From the NCBI RefSeq assembly GCF_964204645.1, contig NC_134025.1, forward strand, positions 27,756,299 through 27,820,298: 64,000 bases of DNA, given 5' to 3'. The translations under genes were made by a program, and so were the position numbers. Positions 1 through 14,900 of this stretch are shown one piece after another. Position 1 is the stretch's first letter; every line of letters starts with the position of its first letter. The stretch is from Tubulanus polymorphus. Lineage: Eukaryota; Animalia; Nemertea. The notes below the pieces were generated by a model that was not told where the DNA came from, did no database searches, and saw only the letters and a list, made by a program, of their open reading frames with translations.

Positions 1-3000
1 ATGATCCCCTCACATTGTGAATGATTTTCATTTTGATACCTACCTTAGGTTTTCTGAATGGCCTCTGAATGTGTGACAGCGTGTATAAACAGAATTTTTG
101 TGTTTAATCAAGAAATAATTTCGTCTCTCAAGTGCAATTCATATCAGATTCAAATATCAAATGAACAATCGCATTTTACTAAGTTGCCATACACTTCAAC
201 ACCTGCAAAGTCTTAACCTATATTGCTCTTTTTCTAAAAGTCGCGAACAATATCAACGTTGGGCAAAAAATGAAATACCGATACTATCTTGTACGAGAGG
301 GTAGTCACTTTTTGGTCTGACGGTGATTAGACATTTTATTCGGACAACAGGTTTTACTTGGCTCGCGATGGAATGATAAAAGAACGTGCTTATCATAACT
401 AGTTCAATTTTGTAGTAAGTTTGAATAATTCCTTTCTCCGTTTTCACGTCAAGCAGTCAGTTTAGTTTTCTGTGCTGCAGAAGTATATTGTTGCAGTACC
501 AGTCACAGATGAGCTTGCTGCAGAATTGTCTTGTCTGTTTAAGTGCCTTGAGTACAAGCCATGAGTAAAGTCATCAAGTTGTGTGTTCGAAAACACAATC
601 AAGGTCCATTAGGACGCAATCTTGATTGTATTAGCCTGTAGTTTCGTCGTACAGGCCATGTTTTAAAAGCAATAGCCGTCCGGGGAATCTTCAGTCAACT
701 GTTTCAGGTATCAGTGTACAGTTCGGTTCCAAATGACTTTAATCACCAGTTTAAAGATAAATTCATTCCATCCCGTCGTCGGTCCAATAACAAGAAGATA
801 TTCATTTCTCAAGGGATTTCGAATTTTCTCTAGACTGGCTGGTTTTAGTTGATTTTGAGTTTTATCGCAGTTTCATTTCGTATAAATCTTTATGTCTTTT
901 TTCTTCCTAAGATTTTTTGAAATGTTATAAATTTTAGTATAGCAACATACGGTATCTTTGGACCTTCGTATGAGTGAAAATGTATTGAGACTCAAATCTC
1001 GTATATGTTCAGCATTGGTTTCGGACAAGCGATGTAACTTGGGTACTGCCATCTGTGGTATGTTCACAAAACTAATCTATTGAGTCTGCGGGTTATTACA
1101 ATATTATTGGTCCCATGATGCTGCTAGCTGTTGTCACGTTAATGCAATACTTCACACCTCAGACGGACAGCTGAAAAACTCAATTACGACTCGGTACTTT
1201 CATTGTTATATAAATCACACAAAATCGGTTAAGTCTGTGGACAGCCTTAACTTCAGCGCTTCATTTCTATTGTATGTCGTCTTCGCCTGTCTTAGACCTG
1301 GGATTGCAGGTTTGTCGAGACAAACAACTAAATGACTAATTTCAAAACATTCCTGAAATATCTAATTCGAAAGGAATTAAATAATTACCACAAATCAATT
1401 TCTTTTTCAAAGGGAATAAATGGAAACGCTGAAAAATTATGGATTTGTCTGAAAAAGTAGTTTATTTTGAAGAAAATATACGTGATTCGGAATAATTACA
1501 AAGATTCAAGTGGTTTTATTTTTAACGGGTCTCTGGTAACTGTGGTCATCAACGGTTCTGATTTATTGAAAAAGCCACAAAATGAACGGCTGTTTTCACA
1601 AAATATTCCTCCCTCCGCAGTTTCTCTACCCTATAATTGATTTGACTGACGACCCTTTAATTAGGAGTTATCAGTCGGTTTCTTACGACGCTGACCAACG
1701 ATATTCAAATGAATCATGTAACTACACCACCACTGGACATTAGTGGACAAAAATCCACCTTATAATCTGATCTACGACCTGTTATTATCGTGTTCGACCA
1801 TTTTTCATTAGAAATATTGCTGTAGAATTGTTTGAAATTGTAGTCGCGATGTACGTTATAGCGATTAAGTCTGATTGATGGCGTATAAGGGCTGGTTATT
1901 GGCTACCTTGATTAACACGGACGGACGGAACAGGTACGTACATATCAATATGCTACCAGTGTCCATCACCGGATGTTCACAAAGCGCTAAAATACCTCGA
2001 CAAAGTTACTCTCCGGCCCGATTTTGTCAGTCTAAATGGCAGTGTGTGTATTTAGGGATAAGAGTCGGAAGTTGAGGCCATTCCCTGATGCGCTATTCAT
2101 GTTGGCCACTGCTGATAAAATGGTTATTACCTACTGTGACTGGTTTTTATTTAATTTGAGACTGGCTATCATCGTGTTAATCTCCGTGTGAAATTTGTTC
2201 AGCCTTCATTAAATGTATTTACCGTCTCTTTCAATATTAATGGTCAACTCTTCGCTAACATAGATTCTGCATTTCATGTGTTTATCTGTCCATTTCTTTT
2301 TTTTATCCAAATCTCATCTACATTGGAAATCCGATCAGTAGAAGCCGCTCTATCGATTTTGATATACTGAAAATGAAAATCTTGAACTTCCACGATTGTG
2401 GATCGACATAAGATTTTTTCAAGATTGTTTCATTTGAAACGTTCGCTTTTATCTGGGTGATTTAATGATATAAACTTTAGAATGATTACGGCATTAGTGG
2501 CTATTGTTTGCTGGATTCTGAGTCAATGATGGGTTTAGCTTATTACAGAGTATCTTTATCTAAAATTGATTAGCTATACAGTCACAGTGAAGCTAATGGC
2601 AAAAGAATGTTACTTTTCTGATGAGCGAGTTACGATTTCCTGTCTAAAAATCTCAATTTCGAGCGGTACTACGCCCTGCCCTCCAAAAACATAGAAAACA
2701 CTTTCTTGGGATAGGTACTTGAGTTTTCGTGAGTTTAAATGCCTTCCTTATTGTCTTTCATCCTTTAGGATGGTCTTTCATGCTTTCATGATGAAAATGA
2801 GAGAGGGAGATTTTCTCGTCAAGAAATCAGCATTGGAATGGAATTTAGTGTGAAATAACACAATTACTAAACAGAAAACCTTTAACATTTATAACCATTT
2901 ATGTGATTGACGAAATTATGTAACTTTCAACAGTTTGCTGTATAGCACCAGAAAGTGGTAAAATAATATAACTTTGGGAATGTTAGTACACCATAAAAAC

Positions 3001-6000
3001 CTTGTTATAAGAACCTCTCTCACCGGTCTTGTTGCATTTTCTGTCAGTCTTATTTCCGTCATTTCGATGTACATAAAACGCTCGTTTTTCCTATTCGTAC
3101 TAACCAAAATCTGCCACGCGGGGGTTGTAAGACCTTATTTGGCCCATTAAACCTGTCATAATACCACGGGTATTAATGCCACTACTTGACCCTACCCGCT
3201 GCCAGGAGATCTGCGGCAGATTTTCTCATAAATTTGGTGAATCATTGTATAGACTAGGTAGGTATCCTTGGGGGTGTTCGCTATCTACATAAAGCACTAA
3301 CTGTAACACAAGTTTATAAAATATACATGGAATGGTAACATGATGGAGAAGTTATGGCCATTCAATGAGACATTGAGGTTTAAGAACTGTTACTCGTCTC
3401 AGTGAATAATTACAAATCTACCTATCGTTTTTACATTTGAGAACGTTTCCAGGGTCTCCCGGTTAGATCCACTTATGGAATTAAGATGGGAGACACTTCT
3501 GATAGAAATTTCTTTTTACAGCTCTTCTCTTTTCAAACATCGTCTTTTGTTCGTTAAACATAATCTAACAAAAGATATCTGAGGTAATTTTACTTAAAAG
3601 AATGATTTTTTTTCTAAAATTTTTTAAGATCAACTTTTTAATGACTCCCAAAGGTATGGAGCAAGTTCAATGCGGCAAGCCAGGTGGATAATGAGCTCTC
3701 ATTACGACACCTACATATTTAACCTTTGGGGTAAAATTGTCATCTTTCAAGCTGAAATAACCAATGATTTATCTGATAATTATACGGCATTCGCCTTGAA
3801 GAAAAGTTTACATTCAGCAAATTTTCATTAGAATTCAGTACAATACGTTATGATAGATAAATCTATTACTGGGAAGCAAATAAAACTAATAATTATTGTA
3901 TCTTTTTTATGAAACGAGTATTCTGTAATGTATAACTGCCTCTGTCTGGGGTGTATTAAACTTCTTTAGTTGACCTTTGCGTTTTGGGACAGCTCAATCA
4001 TTCTGTATTCCACAGGCAGCTTCATTTTCACACATTTCACAATTTATCAGTCATAAATGGTCGGACGAGTTTAAAATTTATGGAATAAAGCAATTTATTC
4101 AGTTTCGTTTTTGCATGTATTCCATTATTTGCATTAAGCTGCGAGGAATGCATCGTTCCCCTGATGTAGAGACCTGTCATTACGTATTCTGTAACTAGCT
4201 CGGATTATTAGCTGATTCGTGCATCTTCACCTTAGTACATTACCACCTTGCAGTTATATTGGTAACTGTGCATGTAGTAAAACATAACATTTATGAAGTG
4301 AGAGAAGGCATATTAGAAATGATCTAATGGAGATGTGGTCGGATTGTGGGTTATAGGTGTCGACCCTGCCGATCTGTTCAGTCGTTACGGGTGACCATAA
4401 GTGCAGATTTATGACGACAAATGAGGGTTGTAATTTACTGCAATGACCCCTGTGATTTGAAGATTAATTATCACTGGGTCCTGTGAGATTGGGTCAATAT
4501 TAAATTTTGTTGTAATAAATCTACTTTGCGAGGCAGTATTAGTGTGTCTCGCGTTCCTTGGGGGAGGGGGATTTCTTTATATTGACGAAAACAAATCAAC
4601 GCGAGAAATTGTGTATAGGGCCTACCCCAATAAATTCTCTTCGCAGATGAAAAAAATTCGGATGGTAATATAGAACACTGAACTCGGTTAGGGTCAGTTT
4701 TAAAACTTTTCAATCAAAGAGTGATTCATATTTGAGAATATTCATTTGAACTATTCGCGCTTTTGGCAATTGTAATGGAAATTCTGATAAGAGCAGAATC
4801 AATGAAGTTTGTGTATAGTAAATGAAACTGATGTATTTGTCACTGTGGTTTAGTGCGTATTTGACATCTGTAAGCGACAGACTCATTTTAGCTGCATACC
4901 ATAACTGTCATAATCACTATGACCAGCACAGCGAGAGAATGACTGGTCAACGGAATACCTGTCCTTACCAGTCTACATTATATCATTCCTGCAAACCTAT
5001 GAAACCCATTGTCAACATTTTATCGTCAACATCGAGGCGTATTCAAAAAGTCATCAGTGTCTTCATAATAATAACCGTGATTATGATTTTACTATAATTT
5101 TGCACGTTCAAATCAAACACGTAACGTGTAGGCCAATGTCAATCCAACATAAAAAGTCTTCATAATTAATTTCATAAGGGTTATTTGAATAAAGAAGGCA
5201 GACATTACATGTCTGGTTATTGAATGCGGTCTGGTTAAATGGTCTTTTTCCCATTATGAAAAAATAACGAATGATTGATGTACTAAACATGAGCAAGTTT
5301 TATTGTGAAATCTACAAAATGAACAATTGTCATAGACTCATAGACAATTGTCATAGAATTTAATAGTGTGTATCTTTTAATGGATTGTAACCATGAGAGG
5401 TTTTTTGCGTTCAGTTATTTGCAAGTGGCGATAATATATCACATGACTGCGTTCAACGACAACTTTAAGGAAATACAGAGGGCAAATTCTAGGTAGGATC
5501 TTCATTAAGTAAGTAAAATTTGGATTTGGGGCCATAAACAAGACTTCGCTTGGTGGTATGTGTATTCAAGAAAACTTGGATATTTTGCATAGTCATATCT
5601 TTCGGTTAGAAAGAATGTCCCAAGGTATTCTCTATTAAGGTAACCCTTTATTCAGTTGAGATGGGAGGACACTCATATATCCCATGTCCAGACAGTGTAA
5701 GATGATGCTGAGTGTAAACTGTCGTTTACCCTGACGGAGATTGATATGAAGTACAATGTCTTTGTCTCTTTTCTCATATTGTGTTCCTGAGGAGAGAAAC
5801 AATATCTCCACTTTACTATGACAAGTGCCACTGGTTTAGACAACATTGTATTGATTGCTATGAATAGCCTATAAACGGATACCCAGAACATTGTAACATC
5901 ATCTTGGTCAGTTCGGAATTGGAACTGCACTTTCACTCACAAAGACTCCCTTCGACTAAACAGTACGACGTTCCAACCGTTAAGTCTGCATTTTAAATAA

Positions 6001-9000
6001 AAGCTACCTGACTTGATTCGCCAATGATCATAAAAAGCGTTCAATGAAAGACATTTGCCGGCGAAGTCTTTACTTCAGTTGACCCTCATATAAGTCTTTC
6101 CTGAAGTTTTCTCTTTTGTTGTTGAGCTCATCGCTAATTTTCCGCAGTCAATCAGAAAACTTCACAAGGAGTTCTATGAATTTTCATGCATATATTTACG
6201 TGTACAATCAGTCACGTTATTGGTCTATCTGCCTTAATCTGATAGAAGGCAGGAAATTGTTAGTGGTCTGAAGCTTCATCGAGCTCGCGTGCAATCTTCT
6301 TGCGTTGCAAAATTACCTTTAATCCCGGAATTTCTGTCGAAGATATGTTTCCAGCTTATCACAGTGACCTGTGCAATTTTGAATTGTGACTTCTGTGACG
6401 GACATTCTTAATACAAAAAAGATTATTTGAAAATTTCCCGTCATATCAATACCATTGCTGCTGTCAATCTTACTTTTTATAGAATGATTTTGAGATGATA
6501 TGAAAAAAAACAAACGTACGTGAAAAATTTGAAACAAAATCGTCTGACATAGAAACATAGAAATTTGAATTTTGGATAAATTTTGAGTAAAGAAAAAACT
6601 TAGAATTCGAAAAATATGTAAAATGATTGATGTATAATGTTGTGTATTGAGATTGAGAACAGATAAGTAAGTGATAAGTCAGTGAGTTGTGACAGTATGA
6701 CATCACAGATTCGCCCCTCCCCTCTCGTTGACCCGATAATACACTGAGTTGTACTGGCACGCATGCAGCCAATAACTGGTACCATTGTCTCCAGCCTGGC
6801 ACAGTACAAACATCAGCTTACGAAATGTATCTGATTTGAACTTCGTGTAAAGACCGACGACTTCCATTATCTATTGGAATTAAAAGATAAATCACCGAGC
6901 TCGCGAGACTGTCCGACTACATGCGCTCTGGTGCTTTAATTGTTTCACGTGTCTTCGTATTTTCAGTCTGAAAGGATATCGGACAATTGCTCGCACATCG
7001 ACGCTGGCGGCTCTTTCATTACTTACGTCATTCACATACAGGTAAGTGTCAGTCTTAAACAGTTTTAATTCTTCATTTATCATCGTTTCGTCGTATTCTT
7101 AAACACTATGAAACTTTTTCTAATTCAAAAATTGTTCTGTCACTCTGCAGTTTCAGAAAAAAAAAAACATTTGTGTTTTTATTTTGTGTGAAAAGTTTTC
7201 TCCTTTTCTAATGAACGCGTTGGCATTTTTGTATCACATATTGATGAAATTAACTTCATTTGAAACTGAAACAGAACTCACAAATCCGAGAAAAATATCG
7301 GAATCGAGCGTTCAGCAATTCTTAGATTTATATTTTGGCTCAGTTCCCTTCAATATTGAACCTTCAAGATATTCCTAATTACTTGAACTTCGAATTCCGA
7401 TTTCATATGTATAAATCAGATAAAGGTCAATGTATGTGATCTGTTGCTAATAGCTTTGATTGTATCACTTAATTAATCAGTTCATATTAATCGATGTGCT
7501 CCAGTTTTCATTGCGGTTGCATTGTGTAATTAATCAACTAATGTCATTAAGTGACAGAAATTACAACCTATCTAGAACATACTTCTTGTTGTGAGAGAAA
7601 ATCTCAGAAATATTTGTCTGTAGTTATAGTGTGGTTTTTCTCTCTCCAAAGCTATACTTCAAATCAAGATTCGATAAAACGATTTCTGTGATACTGATAC
7701 ATTGATGTTATTTGATACATGAAATTTGAAATGTTTCTGATTTTAAGGCTGTTGTTGAGGTAAGTATTGCATAGTTCTTATACAGGTAAGGTCGAGAGAT
7801 CATAGAGTAAAAGTGATCCTTTGAAAATAAAATAACTTAACTACCCCTTATGCATATTTGCAGATGAACATTTCTTGATTAAAAATCCACGGAAATTTTG
7901 AGTAGTTGTAATGTTTTTATTTCATAAAAAGATTGGCGTTTCAACGAGTTCCTTTCATTTTGCCCCTTTAACCCCAAATGGACAGGATTTTATATATAGT
8001 TATAAACAACCTGTATCTGAAGAGGTATTCTGATTACATTGGTATTGTCTTATCAGACTCTGTACGGTCGTCCAATTTATCTGCAAAGGATTCTACTGAT
8101 TCCGGTTTATTTGGGCACTGCTCATCATCATTTTTATTAGATTTTGCCTTTTATCTGTCCGCTTTCATGCATTGCTCAAGCGCACATGGGTAATGATTTA
8201 AGGACACGAGATTACGCCAGGTTTGAGGACAAAGTTATTCAGAGCATTTGACCGGAAGAGACCAGCTTTTCTGGGATAATGTCACTGCTAGCTACACTGA
8301 TTGCTGGTATTATTGCCCAAAGGGCATCAAAATAAGGAGATGAATTCTTACCTTTTAACTTACCTGTTTACAATAACGCCGAAATCTTTCTTGGAAAATT
8401 ATAGATTAGTTCGTAGTTGAAGTGATGATTTATGTATTTGGCTTAAAGAAAATATTGTATTTTTTGCGTAGATTTCATAAAATCTTTATTGGTTCGAGTA
8501 TAGATCGAATTAAACTGAAGTAATTAGTAAACAAAGCTTGCTCCCATTAGCCTAATAGTTGCAGTCAGCCTGTGCAAAATGGAAATTCTTTATGATATGT
8601 GGTCACTCGCAATACTAGCTATTTTCTTTTCTATCAGAAGGTCCATATTTCATGAAACTTTTTTCACCATCATGTCGAGGTCAATAACTCACAGGAGCTG
8701 TCAGCAGGCAGCTCTGTGAGACAGAGGCCTTCGTCATTGCATGAAATACAGCCTGCAATCACGCCTATGATTTCCTTGGTCTCGGAGATAAAGAAAATTG
8801 CCCATTTCATGACATCGCAATAGAATTATGATGATTCGGAGAATTTATAGTAGAAGTACGCGATTAAGCATCCAGTTTCATTACACCACAATCTGTGCCA
8901 CTGTCCGAGCTATTGGAAATCAGTTAACTTGGTCCACTGACTGGTCGGTGCTCATTGTCTTATTCTTCGATGTATCATTCCTCAGTACCGGTTTCTTCAG

Positions 9001-11882
9001 TGGTTGTATTTTACCAATGCTTGGCGAGTGTTGGCTGAAAAGAGATAAGCTCGTAAACTCAACATCTTAGCGGTGATATAAGTTGAAGTATATACATAAA
9101 TATATCCATATCTCAGTAATAGTTTTAGATAGAATATGTACTGAGAGTGCTTTATGAAAACCAGAAACCAGAAATATATAACAACCGCTTTCAAATAAGT
9201 ACAGTAAACATGAATATACACAATTTAGATCATAGCGCTTCTTGGATCCTTTTTACAGTGCCCGACAATGACAGTCCACCTACAATTTGACCATTATGAA
9301 CCAGTACCAATAACAAATGTAATATATCTATCCATCCATTGTTTAGCAAACTGAAACAATCCCCGCTTCCCAAATCAGCCGTATATTGATTTATATGGCA
9401 AAAACAAATTATTTCATTTGTACATCGCATGCAGTTGGGTAAGGCAAGTGTTGAAGGACCGAGGTATGGTTAATCACAAGTTATTTGTTCCTCGACATAT
9501 TGCGACATTAATGCCCATGGAATGTGCCTGACAACAATAAAGCCGTGAATTTTACGCTATAATGTGCTAAATCTGGTAGTTTGCTACTATCATGGCAACT
9601 TAGCAACCGTGATTTATTCTTAAGCCAGCGGGGCACCTGATTGGATTTTATTGGCAAATTTGGAAGTGGTCAAGCAAATATTACCATAGAGATGGCATCA
9701 TTAGCTCACCTTATACTAAAACAATGATATCCTGTTGCAAACATAATATTATGTTAATTACTTCCAAATGTCAACATCAACGCCTTCAATAAAAATCATT
9801 GTGGACAAACGATCCCTTATTGCATTTGATGTTTCTGGTTACAGTCACTGGATTCATCGTACGGCAGTTTATTCATTGAGGCAAGTTTAGTGAAATTTCT
9901 CGAAAAATTGTGTCGTTCAGTCGATAGAATCAACCAACATCGGTTCATCTAACAGAAAAAAAACACATTTACAAGAAAGAAAAGTTATATCCAAACAATT
10001 AAGATGAGTTATTCAGATGACAGTTTACATTAGGTGCCTGAATCTGAACAATCCATATATATCTGAAATGAGGAGGGTTTTGTATGTACCGAGAGGCTTG
10101 TTGACATGGAAATATTTGTCGAGACTAATGTGTTTCACTCGTAAGGTCCATCTAAGACAACATCCTTTATGATATCTTGACCATTACGAGTCCTCTTGAT
10201 GGTCTTTTAGATGTTTCCATATTTAGCCTAAAAACTGAAGCATTGTCATCAGCGGAAATGTCCGCGTTGTTTTCATGCTATTGCATTCTGATTGGTTATT
10301 GTGTGACTGGAGAAAGAGTCCTATCCATGCGGCCAGTAGTTAACCTCTGCGTAATGGCGTATAAATCTTACCATGGCATGTGATTACATTCCAAAGTTTG
10401 CCATCTCTGTGATTCCTAACCTGGCCTACTGTCAGATACTGGGGCTGTAATTATTAATTTATTGCCCCATAAAGAAAGCATGTCAGCTCACACTGTAATG
10501 ACTGGCTGCTGACTATGCTGTTACCTGTATGGTCATCCATAGACACAGTAACAATGTGCAAAACAATATTTTCCGCCTGAATGTAACTATCTAGCTGTAA
10601 TCTAGTGGTATGTATTTGAATTGAATAAAGAATGCTGGATTTCCTGACATTTTACTTTGTGTAAACGAATTTCGCATTTCCTTCACCAGTTCTGATCTTT
10701 CTACTCTAAAGCCTAGGTGAAGATTTGTAGAGCTATCATGTCAAATCACCCATCATTCGTGTCTCCGGAACCAGTCCAGAACTAGCCTCGCGTCATCAGT
10801 CCACTGGCCTCAGATTTATGACTTCGTGTGTGATAAACAAAATCTCACTAATTTCAGAAGATCGAAAATTATAAGAGTCGAGGATTCTTTCAGTTGGAAA
10901 TTGTGATTTAGCGATTAATTTCCATGTAGATGACTTTTTCTACCTGAACCTGTCAGCGTAGTGATCTCTGACCACTTAAGTCAGCTCAGATCAACATAAA
11001 ACACCGTAATTCTGGTGTATAACACATCCATCACAGTCTAACTGCTCTACAGGGATTTGACCATGGATTAATATCATGTCACTACAATCTCCCCTCCATT
11101 GATTAACTGCTTGTGATGGCATGTAATTGGTTTATTATAATAGACAGATATCATTTCGTCAAGTCATTTTTCACCGTTTGTGTTTACATCTGCGACCGAT
11201 ATTGGCACTTTGGACAACATTGATCGGCGTGAAGACAAAGCATTGATAAATATTTCTATCCGGTTTTAAGCTGTTTCTGATGTAAATTTTTTAATATTCG
11301 TCGAAGCGGAAGATGAAATAAACAAAAAAATGTTATCGCTTATTACTTAATATCACTTTAATTTGATCGGAAGATTTCTCGATGATGAGAGATGTTAACA
11401 TCAATGAAAAATATCATGAATGGGATGCCGCGTACGGTTCGGTGAAAATGAGATTCTCTGAAATAGAATAGGCTTCCGTGAAAATGATTTCATTCTCAGA
11501 TTTATATATTCATGCAATACGTAGAGTTCATCGAACCTACTTGTTTTAAATTAGCATCAATGTCTTTGTTTTCTTTGTTCGAATGCAAAGTTGTGGGTGT
11601 CTTCTGGCGATTGTAACCAATGAAACGGCAGAATTCTGTCGACGCCGTGGGTTAACGTGAAATTGAATCACTTGTTAACGGAATCTACAAAAACTTTATA
11701 TAGGTATATATCAGGGAAGAGTAGCGAGAGGTCGCGCTAATAGGAACTTTTAAGCTGGTGTGAAGTATGGCAAGTGGCCACAATTATACAATAACAGTCA
11801 CCGTGCAAACATCGTTTTAGGTCAACAGCGACACTGTTTCATCAGCGACTAGTTTAGACAGTGGACACTGAGTGGACATCCA

Positions 11883-11947
11883 ATGACATCTACAATGCTA
11901 CTTGATGATGAGCCGTGGTGGTCAAGATGTCCTGTCAACGACTATGG
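11883..11947 (+). CDS. Candidate alternative (distal) first coding exon of the trh/NPAS gene
   Basis: ATG..MTSTMLLDDEPWWSRCPVNDY-GG|GTAAAT, phase 2, joins the exon at 23263 in frame to give [14 protein letters not shown] at 11617 and TATA-like sequence at 11697-11710 lie upstream. Confidence 0.5.
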
Positions 11948-14900
11948 GTAAATTAGTTTCACTTTTCAATCTGATTTTCACCAGTATTTGAGTATACCTG
12001 ACACATGCATATTTGATGATACTGCAAGCTTTCATATCATCATTGCATGCTTGTTATTGATGTGTCGCAGTGATTTGATAACGGACTTGGTCTTCCAATA
12101 GAAAACAGTAAGTTCATGCTTATAACAGATAATTTTCTCTGATATTCGTTTATCTGAATGTCTTCCAGAGCACCTTGAATCTTTTTTCCAATATTTTCAC
12201 GTATGAATTACGAATATATGAATCGATTATATCGGATTTGTCGATTAGTTTAGTTCATTCTCAATCAAGTCTCTCCTCAGAGACCAAAATAGATTAAGTT
12301 AAAGATTTTTTTCATATTCGTGTCTGGTTCTTATTCTCAGTTATAGAATGTCTTATGGCCGTTTCTCTATTTTGTCATTCATCAGTTACTTCGTTTTAAC
12401 ATTAAGAACATCATTTACAGACAGACTTTGTCGGTAGAGTAATTAAAATGAGTATCTAACTAAATATATGCATTGTGTTTGTTAAATCAGTTAAGCTCAG
12501 TCAGTTCAGTTCAAATATGATTACGAAAAAAAAATCTAGTTATCGTTATTGTTTAAAGTATTGAGATACTTGCATTGCATAGATTCTTTGTATACAAAAT
12601 GGCAAGAAAAAGTCGATTTTCCAAAAGTTCAAACTTCTTTTATCTTCAATTAAGTGTCTTGGGAATCCTTGGATGGGTTATGTTTTGAAGTTGATACGAT
12701 GTATGAATACGTATATTTGATTTTGATAAGAAACCAATAATTATCGCCCTGAAGTATGATGATCATACCAAAAATAAGGACAAATGAGATTTTTATGTCA
12801 TGTGTCATGACACTAACACACTGCGTGATGTCAGAGTTCAACTGGTGATGTTGTCTGAATAACAACTTTCTGAGTGGTTTTTTCACGTCCATGTTCAGAA
12901 TTTTATTACAGTGACCCATCGTTGTCAAAGCACTGACCCAAGTGTGGTTATTTTTCCCTAATCTGATTACGTTTGTGCAGCGCATACTGATGACTGATCT
13001 TGTAGAGTAATTACGTATTCAACTAGTGTCCCCTACAACAGGACAGAACACGTGTAGAACTCAAACTCTCCATCATTGCTGCTATTATTGGTTTTGTTGT
13101 AACACTGGTCTAATCAATGTCGTTCATTAATAAATCACTTCAACCGATTTACTTTCCGTAGTCAGATAAATTAATTTCATCATTGTACAGATTTGTTTAA
13201 ATAATGCACACACTCTGTAATCAGTTTTTATCAAACGGTGGTTCGGTGCACTCAGCCAAGTAAAAAACAAACTTTCGATTAATCCAGACCCTCCAAGTCT
13301 AGTCTTGTAATATGTCTGATTTCATACTGAAGTGCCTTTAACAGTTTAACTCTATCTACGTTGCCATAACATATCATTCTTGAATTTGTAAACTTTATCA
13401 GCTCAAGAGAGATTGTACAAGGCTTGTCACATACATATATTGAAATGAATTCTATGTGGGTGCAGTTCTGTATTTTCCCTTGTGTCTCAAATCTGCTTCA
13501 GACATGTTGAAAAACTGTCGCGACTTCTGTCTCCAAGTTATAGTAATGAAGTTTTAGTGCCGTTTTTTATTGATAATTTGATGGCACCAGTAATAGACTC
13601 TTACCGCGTGGAGGGTACTTGATAGACCTTTGAGGGCGACATACATTGTATTACGCCCCTCGACCGTACCCCTTGAAACACGCTCAAGAAAAACGAGAGC
13701 GCCTGGCGACTGTTGACACATATTCATAGTCAACGCGCTATGAACAAAAAAAGTTTCAGATAAATCTAAAAAATCAATCAGAGCATTGTAGTTGAAAAGC
13801 GTTCGTAAATGTTTACAATAGAAGGGCACGTTTCGCTAAGCGAAAGATTAATATGAAAATGTGCAGCCTCCTCCGAGCCTTGCTTTCTATTTGTATTCCA
13901 GACCAGAAATGTGTCCACGATTTCTGCTCATTAAAATTCATAGCAGCATTCCGAATCCGTGCTTTGTTTTATCCTAAAATCTCCTATCAGATGGCTACGC
14001 TGTACTTGAGAGAGTAGTGGCTCTCTTGGCAACAGCTCATAAGGTATCAAATGTATTGTTTCGACTGGTATTTCGGTTGTGGTCATCAATTTACAAACTA
14101 TCCACGTACACGACACGCGTGTGCGTGTATGTCATATTTCCATATCCTTATTGAGAAAATTGCTAATCTAAAGTAATGAACTGAATTCATTTGGTATGTT
14201 TTGCAAAAAAAATAATTTCCACTTTTTATTTTGTTCGATCCTTTCCACGAAATATTTCGTAAATCCGCGTAATAAACAGAATCAATGGCATCATTCAATA
14301 AAAAGCTTTCAATGATCAAATTTAATAGCCATTCTTCAGTCAAATAAATCTTCATTTGATATCCTTATTTCAAAGTTGTTATCAGTACAGGTCAGACAGT
14401 ATCAAACATCATTTTTACCGAGCCATCAATACGTTAGATACATATAAATTTATTCATGATATACCAGATATGATGCATCTCTGAAAGCTATAAAAATGTT
14501 GTGGTGGCAATATATTTTCATCAAAATACTCGTCGAGGACATTATAAAAGCCTGAGAATCGCAGTATTGGGGACAGTAAGTTATTAGCAACAGAAAGTTG
14601 ACAGGGCACGGGAAACTTTTACCTCTACTATACCAACTGATCTAACCATATGCCATTTACACGGGAAGTATTGATAGCTCAGTAAAAGCAGACAATTCTC
14701 CTGAAATGTTCTACCGTCTTTTATTTGTCGACACAATCATCCTATCGTCTACATATCATTGGAAAAACTTTGTTGCATCCAAACATGAAAATTCATTCGA
14801 AAATATATACAGTTTCACCAGGTAATTGATAGTTCTGTAACATACGAAATATCTACCTTGAAAATTCTTTCTTTATGTAAATATATATGGCATCTTGTAT

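Noticed and set aside
14107-14129. Imperfect palindrome TACACGACACGCGTGTGCGTGTA
   Set aside because: Low-complexity purine-pyrimidine alternation, no flanking duplication.
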